Positions 43,524 through 56,688 of a DNA stretch of 64,000 bases are shown here, one piece after another; positions within the stretch are counted from its first letter, which is position 1; each line of letters starts with the position of its first letter. A program made the position numbers and the translations under genes. Location of the stretch: assembly GCA_963796965.1 (NCBI GenBank), contig CAWCNS010000004.1:864001-928000 (forward strand), written 5' to 3'. Source of the DNA: Calditrichia bacterium. GTDB lineage: Bacteria > Calditrichota > Calditrichia > JAJRVZ01. The notes beneath the pieces were generated by a model. It worked only from the letters and a program-made list of their open reading frames with translations. It did no database searches and was not told the DNA's origin.

Positions 43524-46500
43524 ATGAAAAAGATTTTACTGTTTAGCCTAATATTTGCAGCCAATGTTTTTGGGCAATCAATAACGATTTCAGAAGGAGC
43601 ACTCAATCCGGCTGCTTCTAATGAATCGGGGAACGGTAAGAATATTGTCATGCTGCAATTGCAGTTGGATGCAGGTTCTGATGAAGACGTGGTTGTTACC
43701 AGCCTTCGCCTTACCCCAACATCATCTGGCTTTCGTACGGATGAGATAGAGGGACCGGATATCCGCATATATAACGATGTCAATAACAATGGTATCCTGG
43801 AAACAGATATTGATGAATTTATTGCTTCAGGAAATTATGCAGGAAATGCCTGGAATCCGCCCTCTGCATCTACCCTCACAATTCCGGATTATGTTATCCC
43901 GGCGAGCGGAACACAAAACTGGCTGATCATGAATAGTTTCGTGAATGGTGATGCTAGTGATTATATTGAAGTGGCTGTATCTCAAAATTCTGATGTGGTA
44001 GCCGAAGGCTATACGTCAAGTTCACCGGCAACAATTACAGGTGCGGCTGTTAATGGTAACCGTAAAACTGTTACCGCTACAACTTCAGCTGGTGCCTTAT
44101 TTATTGGTGCGGGGGGGAACAATACGATCTCCAGAAATATTGAAGATGGTGCACAAGATGAAGTAATGCTTCAGGTCAGCCTAACTGCTAGTACTTTGGA
44201 AAATATTGATATTACCGATATTACGTTTGATATGAGTGGAACAGGTGATGAGAGTAATGATCTTATCAGAGCAAGATTATATAATGATATTGATGGAGAC
44301 GGGCAATTAAATGAATCCATGGATACCCAAATCGGAAGTTCTATTTTTAGTTTTACAAATGATGGTCAACTCCAATTCTCAAGCTTATCAGAAACGGTCA
44401 CAGCTGGAACAAGTGAGGATTGGATTGTTGTTTATGATTATGATGGCAGCCAAACGGCACCACCGGATAATTTTCAGACGACTTTAACAAATAATACCGA
44501 CATAACTGCTACGGGTGGTAGTAGTAGTCTTTCCATAACTCCAAGTGGTGCACCTGTAGCAGGTGGTTTATCAACTGTGTCTGCTATAGGTACGCTGGTC
44601 CTTTCAGCAGGATCAAATAATCCATTAGCAACTACGATTTCTTCTGATGCCAGTAACATATCAATGCTGCAGTTAAATATGAGTGCCGGCTCAACAGAAG
44701 ATGTGAACATTTCTGCTATTACCTTCACAACTACTGGAAGCGGAGATGAAAGTGCTGATCTTGATTCCGTAAGATTGTTTCAGGATGTGAATGGGAATGG
44801 GGCTTATGACCTTGGGATCGATCTGCAAATTGGATCGACACTTACCAGTTTTACTGATGATGGGGATCTTGTTTTTTCAAGTTTAAGCGAACAAGTGTCA
44901 GCAGGTGCCAGTGAAGACTGGCTGGTAGTATATTATTTTAATGGAACAGCAAGTTCCACAGAAACCTTCCGGGCCTCTCTGGATCAGAACAGCGATATGA
45001 CGGCGACTGGCGATGGCAGTGGATCAGGCATAACGCCCACGGGTTCCCCTGTATACGGAAATGATAAATCCATTTCATCGACAGGAACATTAACTATGGC
45101 CATAGGTCCAAATAATGCGGGGGCTGAAAATGTAGATGGTACATCTCAAAATATTGTAATGATGCAATTGCAATTGCAGGCCAGTGCTGTAGAGGATATT
45201 CAAATTAATAGTCTGTCACTTACGACAGGTGGTTCTGGATTTCGGAATGATGAAGTTGTAAGTCCGGATATCAGAATTTATCGTGATATGAATAATAATG
45301 GCGTTTTTGACACAGGGATTGATGAGTTGATCATTACACAGAATTATGTAGGTAATGCCTGGAATTTTCCAGGGAATACAACAATAAATTTGACAAACCG
45401 TTATATCTATGCAGGAGCAACGGAGAATTGGCTGATTGTTAATAATTTTGTTAACGGTGATCTCGGGGATAATCTTGAACTTTCTCTGGTAAACAATAGC
45501 GATATTAGTGCCACTGGTGTAACGAGTAGCCAGTCTGTAAATGTAAACGGTGCCACACTTAATGGTGGGGCTAAAACAGTTGTAAATGGAACGACCCCGG
45601 GAACACTCTCCATGGCGTTAGGACCGAATGATCCAGGATTTCAAAATATCCTTCCGGGAGCCACCAACAAATCAATGATTGATTTACAGACTATCAGCCT
45701 CTTCAGAGGACATTAATATTAGTGAGATTACATTTGTTAGCAGCGGAACAGGTGACGAAGGAACCGATCTGGATTCTGTCCGATTGGTCCAGGATGCAAA
45801 TGGTGATGGTGTTTATAATCCTATTGATTATGATCGCCAAATTGGAGCCACATTAACTGTTCTTGGCGACGACGGAAATCTGGTATTTTCTAATTTGGAT
45901 GAAACCGTACCTGAGGGTGAAAGTGTGAATTGGCTAATCCTCTATGATTTTGATCCTCTCCAAACCACGATTGGCGAAACATATCAAGTAGCACTTAGTG
46001 GTAATCTGGCGATTGTTGATACAGGTGTGACAACAAATGATGCCAGTATTAACACGGGAGCACCTTTATATGGTGGAATTGGTACGATATCTCAAACAGG
46101 TAGTATTACACAAGGTATGTATAATCCGGAAGCCCATAATATTGCTGCTGCAGAGCAAAATCTGGTTATGCTTCAGTTAAATCTGGCTGCTTCGGATGTG
46201 GAAGATATTGATGTTTCTGCTATAACATTTACCACAGCGGGAACAGCTAATGAGAGTACAGATTTAGATTCTGTTCGTTTATTTTTTGACACGAATAATA
46301 ATGGAAATCTCGACATTGGTATCGACACACAGATCGGTTCAACTGGTGAGACATTTACAGATAATGGTACGATTACTTTTTCCGGGCTGAGTGAACAGGT
46401 TGAGGCTGAAAATTCAGTGAACTGGATCGTCGTTTATAACCTCAATGGTCTGGCTTCAGCAAGTGAAACCTTCAGAGTCTATGTTGCGCAGAATCAAGGA

Positions 46501-49500
46501 TCTTGAGGCCACAGGTATATCAAGTATAACGACCATTATTCCTGTAGGAGCACCGGTTAATGGAAATGCAATGACGATATCCTCCACGGGTGCGTTGACG
46601 ATAGCGCTTGGTGATAATAATCCGGGAGATGAGAATATCAGCGGTGGTGCTCAGAATGTTACGATGGCGCAGTTACGCTTATCGGCCAGTGCGGTAGAGG
46701 ATATTGAGATAAACAGTATCGCGATAACGACGACGGGAAGTGGCATCCGTAATGATGAAGTTGTCAGTCCTGATATGCGCATTTATAAAGATGTGAACAA
46801 TAACGGCGTTTACGAATCATCGATAGATGAGTTGATAACGACGCAGGACTATGTTGGTAATGCCTGGAATTTTCCAGGAAATACGACGTTGACCTTTTCC
46901 AGCCGCTATATCTATGCGGGGACAACAGAGAACTGGTTGATTGTCAATAATTATGTAAATGGTGATGTGAATGATAATCTTGCCTTATCGATCGTGAACA
47001 ACAGTGATGTGACGGCAACGGGTGTATCCAGCGCTGCTGGTGTCAATGTTACAGGTGCAACATTGAATGCCGGTGTGAAGACGGTTACAGCAGGTGGCAG
47101 CGCAGGTTCCTTAGCCTTGTCTTTAGGTGCCAATGATCCGGGATATCATAATATTGCCTCGGGTGCGTCAGAGGAGGTTATGCTTGATCTGCAGTTAACC
47201 TCTGGATCAGAAGCCGTTCAGATCAGCGAGATAGGATTTACAATGAGCGGTTCGGGTAATGAGAGTGTCGATGTTGATTCCGTACGTTTAATTGAAGATG
47301 TGAATGGTGACGGCCGCTTTAATCCATTGGATTATGACCGTCAGATAGGATCCACTTTAAGCGGATTAGATGATGATGGTAATCTGATATTTAGTGGTCT
47401 GAGTGAGATTATCAACCAGGGAGAATCAGAAGACTGGCTGGTTTTATATGATTTTGATGGTGCTCAGACCATAAATGGAGAGACCTATCAGGTCCATGTG
47501 TCCGGGAATGCAGCGGTTGTGGATACTGGTGTTACCAGTGGAGAAGCGATTACCAATACGGGAGCTCCATTGTCGGGTGGAATCGGTACGATATCTGCTA
47601 CGGGTAGTTTAAGTATCATGGCTGGTCCCGGAAATCCCCAGGCAAAATATATCTCTTCATCGGAACAGAATTTAGTGATGATGCAGATTGCCTTATCCGC
47701 AACAGCTACAGAGGCGGTAGATATTACATCTGCTTCATTTACGGCATCAGGTACAGCCAATGAAAGTACGGACCTGGATTCAGCGCGGTTATATTTTGAT
47801 GTAAACACCAATGGTGTTCTGGATTTGGGCATCGATCGTCAATTAGGTTCTACCCTAACAAGTTTTACAGATAATGGAAACCTGACTTTTGGTAGTCTGA
47901 CTGAGCAGATAGCAGCAGATGGCTCGGCCCTTTGGTTGGTGATTTACAATCTTGCCGGTAATGGTTCTGCTGATGAGAGTTTTCGTAGTTACGTAGCGCA
48001 GGGCAGTGATATAACAGCCACAGGTGCTACCAGCAGTAACGCGATAGTTCCATCAGGGACGCCGGTTCAGGGTAATGCGATGACGATATCTTCCACGGGT
48101 GCTTTAACGATAGCGCTTGGTGATAATAATCCGGGAGATGAGAATATCAGCGGTGGTGCTCAGAATGTTACGATGGCGCAGTTACGCTTATCGGCCAGTG
48201 CGGTAGAGGATATTGAGATAAACAGTATCGCGATAACGACGACGGGAAGTGGCATCCGTAATGATGAAGTTGTCAGTCCTGATATGCGCATTTATAAAGA
48301 TGTGAACAATAACGGCGTTTACGAATCATCGATAGATGAGTTGATAACGACGCAGGACTATGTTGGTAATGCCTGGAATTTTCCAGGAAATACGACGTTG
48401 ACCTTTTCCAGCCGCTATATCTATGCGGGGACAACAGAGAACTGGTTGATTGTCAATAATTATGTAAATGGTGATGTGAATGATAATCTTGCCTTATCGA
48501 TCGTGAACAACAGTGATGTGACGGCAACGGGTGTATCCAGCGCTGCTGGTGTCAATGTTACAGGTGCAACATTGAATGCCGGTGTGAAGACGGTTACAGC
48601 AGGAACAATACCGGGTACCCTGAGTTTGGCGGTTGGTGGTAGCGATCCGGGTTATCGCAATATACCGCCGGGTAGCAGTAGTGAGGTTATGTTTCAATTA
48701 TTGCTTTCTGCCGGATCGAATGAAGCAATTGATATCAGTGAAGTAACCTTATCTACAAGTGGTACAGGCAATGAGAGCACGGATATAGATTCCATACGAT
48801 TATATAATGATGTAGATGGAAATGGTGTTCTAAATTTACTCATGGATAGTCAAATAGCTCCAACTCTTACATCTTTCACAGATAATGGAGATATCGTTTT
48901 CTCCAGTTTGAATCAAATGCTCTCTGCAGGATCGAGTGCCAACTGGATTGTTGTTTATGATTTTAATATTACGGAGACAGGCAATGGTGAAACGTATCAA
49001 CTTAGTTTACCTTCAAATGGTTCTGTAGTAGATACTGGTGTAACCAGCGGACTTCCAATTTCTAATTCGGGAGCGCCTCTCCAAAGCGGCATTGCAACAA
49101 TTTCAAATGTGGGAGCATTAGCAGTTGTTAATGGCGATGCTAATCCCGTTGCGCGTACCATTTCCTCAACCGAACAATCGCTGTCAATGTATCAGATGAA
49201 ATTATCGGCCAATCTTGCAGAAGATGTTGAGATCACATCTATAACATTTAATCAAAGTGGGACTGCTGGGGAGTCGACCGATATCGATTCTGTAAAATTA
49301 TATTCGGATGTAAATGACAACGGTATATATGATCCGGCGTATGATTTACAAATTGGGTCTACACTATCTTCATTTGGCGATGATAGTCTGATCACATTTG
49401 ATGGATATACAGAAACCATATCTGCTGGTACTTCAGAACATTGGTTAGTTATTTACTATTTAAATGGTAATGCCGCGGCAGGTGAGACATTCAGGGTATC

Positions 49501-52500
49501 TATCTCTCAAGCAACCCAAATTAATGCGATGGGTACTTCTTCATTGCAAAGCATATTAGCTTCAGGTCCGCCAATTGGTGGTAATAGTATGACTGTATCG
49601 GCCGACGGTTCTCTCGTAATGGCTCTCGGTACTACAAATCCAGGTACTGAAAATATTAATGGAAGTTCAAAAAACATTACAATGATGGCACTTTCTCTCA
49701 CGACAAATAATGTTGAAGATCTAACGATCAGCAGTATTCAGCTGACTCCAGGCAGCAGTGGATTCAGGTTAGATGAGATTGATGCCCCGGATGTAAGTAT
49801 CTATGAAGATGTTAATCTTAATGGGAGTTATGATGCTGCAATTGACCGGTTTATTATCTCCGGCAATTATTCTGGCAATGCTTGGAACGCTCCAGGTAAT
49901 ATTACTTTAGGAATTAGTAATGAGACTATTGCAGCCAACTCGACTGTGCAATGGCTAATCATTCACAGTTTTACTAATGGTGACGTGAATGATTGGATTG
50001 AGATCTCCATGGTAGAAAATAGCCACCTTAGTGCTACCGGTGTGGTGTCTGGAAATCCTGCGAATGTTTCAGGAGCCAGTCTGGCTGGTGGGCGCAAAAC
50101 TGTTGTTAGTGGTACAACACCTGGAACGCTTACCATTACTGCAGGTGCAAATAATCCGGCCTATCGTTATATCAGCAGAGGTGCCCAGGATGAAGTGATG
50201 ATCCAATTGCAAATGGCCGCAAGTCCGGTCGAGGATATCCGGGTTTCTTCATTACTTTTCGAAGCCTCCGGAAGTGGCGATGAAAGTACAGATGTTGATT
50301 CGGTCAGATTGTTTATTGATAACAACAACAATGGCGCTTTGGATATTTTGTCAGATACAAAAGTTGGAACAACTATCACATCTTTAACAGATAATGGTTC
50401 GTTCTCATTCAGCGGAATCTCGGAAGTGATTACTGGCGGTACATCCGAAAACTGGATTGTGGTTTATGATTACGATCTTGCTGAAAACGCTTTGTTAGAG
50501 TCGTTTAGAGTTACATTGCCAGGTACAGATGCTGTTGCTGATACTGGTGAAACAAGCGGGCAGGCGATTACACCAGCAGGACCACCAATTCAGGGTGGAG
50601 AGGCTGTAATATCAGAAACCGGTACTCTTACGTTAACAGCAGGTGCAGCTAATCCGGGTAATACGAATATTGCCGGTGATGAATCCGATCTGGAAGTGGT
50701 CCAGGTTGCTCTAACTGTTGGACCGAATGAAGATGTGACAATATCTTCAGCACGATTTTCTGTCGGCGGAACATTTGATGACGCCAATGATTTTGTGACT
50801 GGTTCAATACAACTCTATCTGGATGATAATGGGAATGGACAGCTCGACGGAGGAGATACACAATTGGGTTCAGATCAAAGTTGGTCAGGGAATAATGGAG
50901 TAGTAACTTTTTCAGGACTTGATCAGACCATAACACAAAACACAACACAAAACTGGATTGTTGTTTGTGATTTAAGTGGAACCGCATCAACTGGAGAAAA
51001 CTTCCGTGTTTCATTAGAATCGGATACGGATATATCGGCTACCGGTGATGTAACAACAAATTCTGTTTTTGCTACCGGGGCACCTGTTGCAGGTGGGCTT
51101 TTCTCCATATCCAATACAGGTAGTATGACCCTTGTCATCGGTACAAATAATCCATCCGGCACTCTGGAATCTGCTGCAGCGACAAATCTGGTTATGCAAC
51201 AACTGGCCCTGTCAGCAGCTCTGTAGAGAACATTGCAGTAAATAGCATAACATTTACCGCAGATGGAACGGCTGATGATGCAAATGATCTTACGGGTGTT
51301 TCATTGTACCGAGATCTTGACAATAATGGTCAACTGGATGGAACGGACACACAGATCGATGTGCAACAAACCTATGCAGCAAATAATGGGACCGTTACCT
51401 TCAATACAATCGGTGATACGGTTGAAGCGGGAACTACTGTTAATTGGCTTGTAGTTTATGATTTGAACGGATCTGGCTCTGAGGATGAGACATTTAGGGT
51501 CGGTATATACAATGCTGCAAATCTCACGCTTGTAGGCGCAACATCGACTCAAAGCATCTCAGCAAATGGTACTCCGAGTGTAGGAAATTATAAAACGATT
51601 TCTTCTACGGGTAGCATGACTGTCGCTGTCGGTGATCATAACCCGGCTTCTGCGTACGTCGACAATGAAAATCTCGCTAATATAGAAATGCTTCAGTTCC
51701 GTTTAACCACTAGTAGTGTTGAAGCCGTGGATATTAATGATGTTACCCTTACCCATCAGGGAAGTGGCGATCCCTCAACTGATGTTCTTGGAACTGCTTT
51801 ATACCGGGATGAGAACAATGATGGTATCGTCGATGGTGGTGATACGCAGTTGGCTACCGCCAGTTATAGTGGAACTACAGTAACTTTTAATCTGACCGGT
51901 GTGAGCATCTCTGCAAGCAGCACAGAATACTGGCTTGTCGCCTATAACTTTGCTGCCGGGATATCAACTGGAAGCGGTTTTATTGCTTCCTTGCAAGTTG
52001 CCACAGATGTTGATGCGACTGGCGGGACCTCATTGAATACAATAATTCCAACAGGTACTTTCCCTGTATCAGGTGGAACCCAGACAATGACAGCATATTC
52101 AAATTTGACTATTGCTAATTCAGATCTTGGCGCTTCTCCTGTACCTGGTGCAACGGATGTTGGATTGATGCAAATAAATCTAAGTGTAGACAAGAACACA
52201 TCGACACTTTTCAGCATTCAAGTGGATAATCGTGCTGTAACAGGTACTTCTGATGCACTGGATCTTGATTTGATCAAAGTCTATCTCGAAAATGGTACAT
52301 CTGCGGGATTTCAGCCAGGACAAGATCAGCTCCTGGGAAGCAGCTCAGTGACTGGTGCTTCAGGTGGATCCGCTACTGTAAGCCTTGGTTCCGGGTTAAG
52401 TGTTGCATTTGGTTCACCTGAAATAATCTATATTGCCTATGATATTTCTACAACAGCAGATCCAACGAACAGTATTGGTGTATTAATAAACTCTACAAGT

Positions 52501-53190
52501 TATCTAAGTGTAGAATCACCAGAAACGAATTTGAATCCGGCTAATTTTCCAATAAGTAGTGGTCAGGATTACAGTTTGCCAGTGGAGTTGGTTTCATTCA
52601 CGGCCTCTTCGGACCCGGGTGTTATATTAGTTGAATGGATTACAGCAAGTGAGCTGAATAACCAGGGATTTGAAATTCAGCGGCGCATCCATAAGGGAAA
52701 AGATGGATTTGAGAAAATCTCCAGTTATGATTCAAATCCTGATTTGGAAGGCCAACTAAGTTCTGCAAATGAAAAACAATATGTTTTTGCAGATACTCAC
52801 GTAGAGAAAGATAGCACCTATGAATACCAATTGGTTCAGGTGGATTTGGATGGATCCAGGCATTATTCTTCCTTATCTGTTGTTGCTACCGCTCTGGAAA
52901 AACTACCGAGGGATTTTGCCTTAAAGCAAAACTATCCAAATCCGTTTAACCCACAAACAACGGTTGAATTTCATCTTCCCGTGGATGCCCGGGTTACGAT
53001 CGAGATTTATGATATCCTTGGAAAAAAAGTTATAAATTTAATTGATGAGAAAAATTACAAGGCCGGTCGATGGGAAGTTGTTTGGGACGGTAAAAACAAA
53101 CACCATAATCGCGTGGCTTCCGGCATTTATTTTTATCGAATCTCCGCGAAAAAATTTAGCAAAATTATGAAGATGATGATGGTGAAATAA
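43524..53190 (+). CDS. Giant (~3200 aa) acidic secreted repeat protein with T9SS type-A/FlgD-like C-terminal domain; split into 4 track ORFs by three indels
   Basis: Signal peptide MKKILLFSLIFAANVFG; ~165 aa repeats with D.N.NG/D.DGDG and W[LI][IV]VY; repeat register continues across breaks near 45685, 46495 and 51215; ends LPVELVSFTA...QNYPNPFNP...KMMMVK. Confidence 0.88.
46598..47094 (+). repeat. Intragenic direct repeat, copy 1 (~497 bp)
   Basis: Identical by eye to 48107..48603; offset 1509 nt = 503 codons. Confidence 0.93.
48107..48603 (+). repeat. Intragenic direct repeat, copy 2
   Basis: Identical by eye to 46598..47094. Confidence 0.93.
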
Positions 53191-53234
53191 TTCTGAGTGC
53201 TCAGTATTCGGTTCTATATCCTAGGTGCTCTAAA

Positions 53235-53277
53235 AAAGAAAAACGGGATGCTCTCTTTGAGGTGTCCCGTTTCTTTA
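53235..53277. terminator. Probable bidirectional terminator between convergent genes
   Basis: AAAGAAAAACGGGATGC...GTGTCCCGTTTCTTT hairpin with A-rich and T-rich flanks. Confidence 0.7.
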
Positions 53278-53374
53278 TTAGGAGAAAAAGAGGATAACTT
53301 TCACTCTCTTTAGCTGGATAGAAAAGGTACTGGTTGATACCTTCAATATTCAATGTTCATTGTTCAATCTGCAG

Positions 53375-54451
53375 TTACTGCCGTGCTGTAATATTTGTAT
53401 AAATTCCGCCAATACCAAAAATAATATTACCAAGCCATGCACCCAACCAGGGCTCGAGAGTGCCCTGATGCCCCATAACCTGGCCCATACGAATAAAGAG
53501 AAAATAAATAAAACATATGAGTAAACTGATACCGATTCCAACCGCAGTACCACTCCTTCGCTTTCGGGCAGCTATGGGTGCCCCAAATAGCACAATAACG
53601 AAATTTGCAAATGGATATGATATTTTAAAATACAGTTCTACAATCCATTTTCGAACTTCTGCCCCTATTTGTGTCATCTCATTAATAAATTCCTTCAATT
53701 CAAGATAACTCATTTCCTCCGGTTGCTTTTGTAATTCAAGTAAACTGGCAGGCTTAAATGTAAGATCAGATTGGATTATTTTGATGTTTTTTTGTACGTA
53801 GAGAACTGAATCCGTGAAGATACGCTCATTCACATTATGCAAAACCCAATGTTGATCAACCCAATTAAATTTTTCCGCATCTATTCGTCTTGTTAAGCGT
53901 CGGCCATCAAAGTATTGCAAACTTATTTTTTTACCTTCATTCTTAGTACCATCAAAAAAAGCTATGGATATTTTTCTGTCTCCCTTATCCTGAAGGTAAA
54001 TATCATTTCGTCGGGTTCCTTTGTTTTTAGGATGTTTCTGTATGTCATAGCGGTATAGATCTAACCTGGCCTGGTTTGTCCATGGTACGACAAACTCATT
54101 AAAAAAACCTGCACCAATACTAATGATAAAAGCTAAAATGAATAGAGGGAGAAAAATTCTATAGAGACTTATACCCGAACTTTTTTGAGCTACAATTTCA
54201 TTGTGTTGCGACATGCTACCTAAGGAAAACAGGCAGGCAAGCAACATGGCCACCGGCAGGGTTAGGTTTATTATGTAAGGTATGTAATAAATATAGTACA
54301 TACCTACCTGGAAAACAGTAGCATCGCGATCAATAAACTTGTCAATATTCTCGATTAGGTCCACAACAAGAAATATGATTACAAATGCACCTATTGAGAA
54401 TAAGAGGTTTATAATAAATTTCTTCAGGAGATATTTATCTAAAACTGTCAT
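53375..54451 (-). CDS. lptG: LPS export ABC transporter permease, LptG-like
   Basis: LDKYL, HNEIVA..SSGISL, PEEMSY.EL, KISYPF, PWLGAWLGN; second gene of the pair. Confidence 0.85.
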   Translation of the reverse strand: MTVLDKYLLKKFIINLLFSIGAFVIIFLVVDLIENIDKFIDRDATVFQVGMYYIYYIPYIINLTLPVAMLLACLFSLGSMSQHNEIVAQKSSGISLYRIFLPLFILAFIISIGAGFFNEFVVPWTNQARLDLYRYDIQKHPKNKGTRRNDIYLQDKGDRKISIAFFDGTKNEGKKISLQYFDGRRLTRRIDAEKFNWVDQHWVLHNVNERIFTDSVLYVQKNIKIIQSDLTFKPASLLELQKQPEEMSYLELKEFINEMTQIGAEVRKWIVELYFKISYPFANFVIVLFGAPIAARKRRSGTAVGIGISLLICFIYFLFIRMGQVMGHQGTLEPWLGAWLGNIIFGIGGIYTNITARQ

Positions 54452-54514
54452 AGTTTAATAGTTTTCTCTGTTGATAAATTCATAGCACAAATCAAAGCCG
54501 CAAACAAATGGTAT

Positions 54515-54585
54515 TGTCTTTCTGTCGGAATCTTCCTCCTTGCTGAGAATGATTCTTCACGTGGAAAGATCCCTTCTGAATGACA
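54515..54585. repeat. Degenerate palindromic intergenic (REP-like) element
   Basis: TGTCTTTCTG..GAATCT / GATTCTTC..TCTGAATGACA imperfect inverted ends. Confidence 0.5.
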
Positions 54586-54703
54586 TTGAACAGTTGCTAA
54601 AAAAACAAAGTATTTTGCATCAAACGCGTAATACTGCATAAGATCGCAAATAAAAGTCAAAGAAGTCTAAAAATCAGCTAGAGTAATTTTCTTGTATCTT
54701 TAA

Positions 54704-56191
54704 TTATGGTAACGGTCTCTCAATCTCTTCAGATTTTTCTTTTTTAAATTTAGTGAACAATTTACCCATTTTATCCCATTTAATGACAGTTGTTTCTTTG
54801 ACTGTCCGCCAGGTAAGATAAGCCCCGGCAAGTCCGATAAGAATGTTAGGGAACCACATGGCTAGCATTGGGGGTAATAATCTCCTGTCTGCTAAATCTT
54901 CGCCAAGAATCAGACAAATCCAATAAAGCAAGAAAAAGAAAATACTCAAAGTGACGCCAATACCCATACTTCCCTTTCTTGAAGCAATTCCTAAAGGAGC
55001 ACCAACCAAAATAAATACAATACTGGCAAATGGTATCGAGAATTTTTTATGAATTTCCACCAAATAACGGTTAATGCTAACATCAAAACTGGTCAATCGG
55101 CTACTGGATGTACGGACTAACTGGTATAAGCGACTGGCCTTTCTATAGGCGCGATCACACGCCTTCTTGGTGATTGCTGCGTTTACATGGCTAAGCAGGT
55201 TTATATCGGCTTCAAATTGATCGGAGGTTTCAATTTTTTTTGCCTTTTTTATTCTGTCCTCAAGTGGCAGCCAGGACCGGTTAATTTTATCAATTATCTT
55301 CAGTTTTTCCTTTACCAAAGAGGTGTCACTGGCGCGTACTTTTTCTAACATCATGGCCACATTCATCTCCCGATCACCCCGGTAATTATCCTCTTTGTTT
55401 TCTAATTCGAATTGTGGTGCAGGAATGTTGACACGATTTCTGGCAAAATGTGAAAATCTATAATCTTCGATGTTTCGATTATCTAACTCATGGTATTCAC
55501 CATCAAATAATGTAAATACAAGGCTCTTGGATACCTTTGAATATATCATATATCCTTCATCTGCTGTAACAGTAATTGTTTTGTTCGGATCTTTTCGGTT
55601 AAAAATGGTTACATTTTTCAGGCGGTCTGGCTTTGATTGTAAATCCAGATCTGGCCCGAGCATATTCATACGGTCTGAAAGTTCCTCACCCAAGGTTTTT
55701 TCAATTTTTTCAACGTGAAATGAGTATTTACCCAGGTCGAAGAAAATATTTGGTTCAAGTTTTAGTGTCGCTTTTTTCTGATTGATATTCTGAAACATTA
55801 CCCGCGCCCGGTGATTAAAATCAGGTAATACCTGATCGTTAAAAAGAATCATCAAGATAGTTATTGCGCCGCCAAATATAAGCGCCGGGCGAATTATTTT
55901 GTAAATGCTGATACCACTGGATTTAAGGATAGTTATCTCATTGTCACCTGATAATCGTCCGAATGACATTAATGTGGCAACAAGAACAGACATTGGTACG
56001 GCTAAGGCAAACATCCAGGCAAGATTATAGAAGACAAGTTCAATAATAGTAAAGAATGGTAAACCTTTGCCGAATATTTTAGTTATATATTTTACCAAGA
56101 ATTGCATCAAAAATATGAACATTAGTACACCAAGTGCAAAGACAAAAGGTGGGATATGTTCACGAATGATATATTTTGGTAGAATTTTCAT
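54704..56191 (-). CDS. lptF: LPS export ABC transporter permease, LptF-like (long form)
   Basis: ILPKYIIRE, GRLSGDNEITILKSSGIS, EIHKKFSIPFA, LAMWFPNI. Confidence 0.85.
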   Translation of the reverse strand: MKILPKYIIREHIPPFVFALGVLMFIFLMQFLVKYITKIFGKGLPFFTIIELVFYNLAWMFALAVPMSVLVATLMSFGRLSGDNEITILKSSGISIYKIIRPALIFGGAITILMILFNDQVLPDFNHRARVMFQNINQKKATLKLEPNIFFDLGKYSFHVEKIEKTLGEELSDRMNMLGPDLDLQSKPDRLKNVTIFNRKDPNKTITVTADEGYMIYSKVSKSLVFTLFDGEYHELDNRNIEDYRFSHFARNRVNIPAPQFELENKEDNYRGDREMNVAMMLEKVRASDTSLVKEKLKIIDKINRSWLPLEDRIKKAKKIETSDQFEADINLLSHVNAAITKKACDRAYRKASRLYQLVRTSSSRLTSFDVSINRYLVEIHKKFSIPFASIVFILVGAPLGIASRKGSMGIGVTLSIFFFLLYWICLILGEDLADRRLLPPMLAMWFPNILIGLAGAYLTWRTVKETTVIKWDKMGKLFTKFKKEKSEEIERPLP

Positions 56192-56688
56192 TTATGTTTC
56201 TCATATTTACAGTCTTTTAAATATACGTAAATCTGGTTAGAAGTTCTATCGGGGAAGTAAATTTAGGGATTATCTTACAGGGATCATTAATCTCTCGCAG
56301 CTGCGCAGAGACGCAACGCCTTATTGTTAAATAAATTATGATAGAAAGATGACCATAGAATATTGACTAAATTTGTTTTTATTCATCTTGCTTTGGCCCA
56401 TTGATAAGGCTATTAATCATATCGTTGCAGATATATTAAATATGCTCAAAAACTGAACCAAATTTTTATTTGGTTGTTTAAGATTACAAATAAAGGAAAT
56501 ATTCTCAAATTACCTTTAAATAGATAGCGATTGGGGTCGATATCTTATATAAAGAGACAAATTGATCTTGAATATATTCAGGTCTATCCATAAATTAGCA
56601 GGTTCAAATAATTATTACTAACTGGAGGAAGTCCAAAGAAAAGTTGCTACGCAATTAACTAACAACGAGTACAATTAAGCGACAACAG

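Noticed and set aside
46598..48603. Diversity-generating retroelement TR/VR pair
   Set aside because: The copies are identical with no adenine-specific mismatches, both are in frame in one gene, and there is no reverse transcriptase in the window
45670..51230. Phase variation at the three breaks in the giant gene
   Set aside because: The breaks are not in long homopolymers or SSRs and match the window-wide indel pattern
54448..54660. 70 aa ORF between lptF and lptG
   Set aside because: It overlaps the palindromic repeat and has no protein-like motifs; likely spurious
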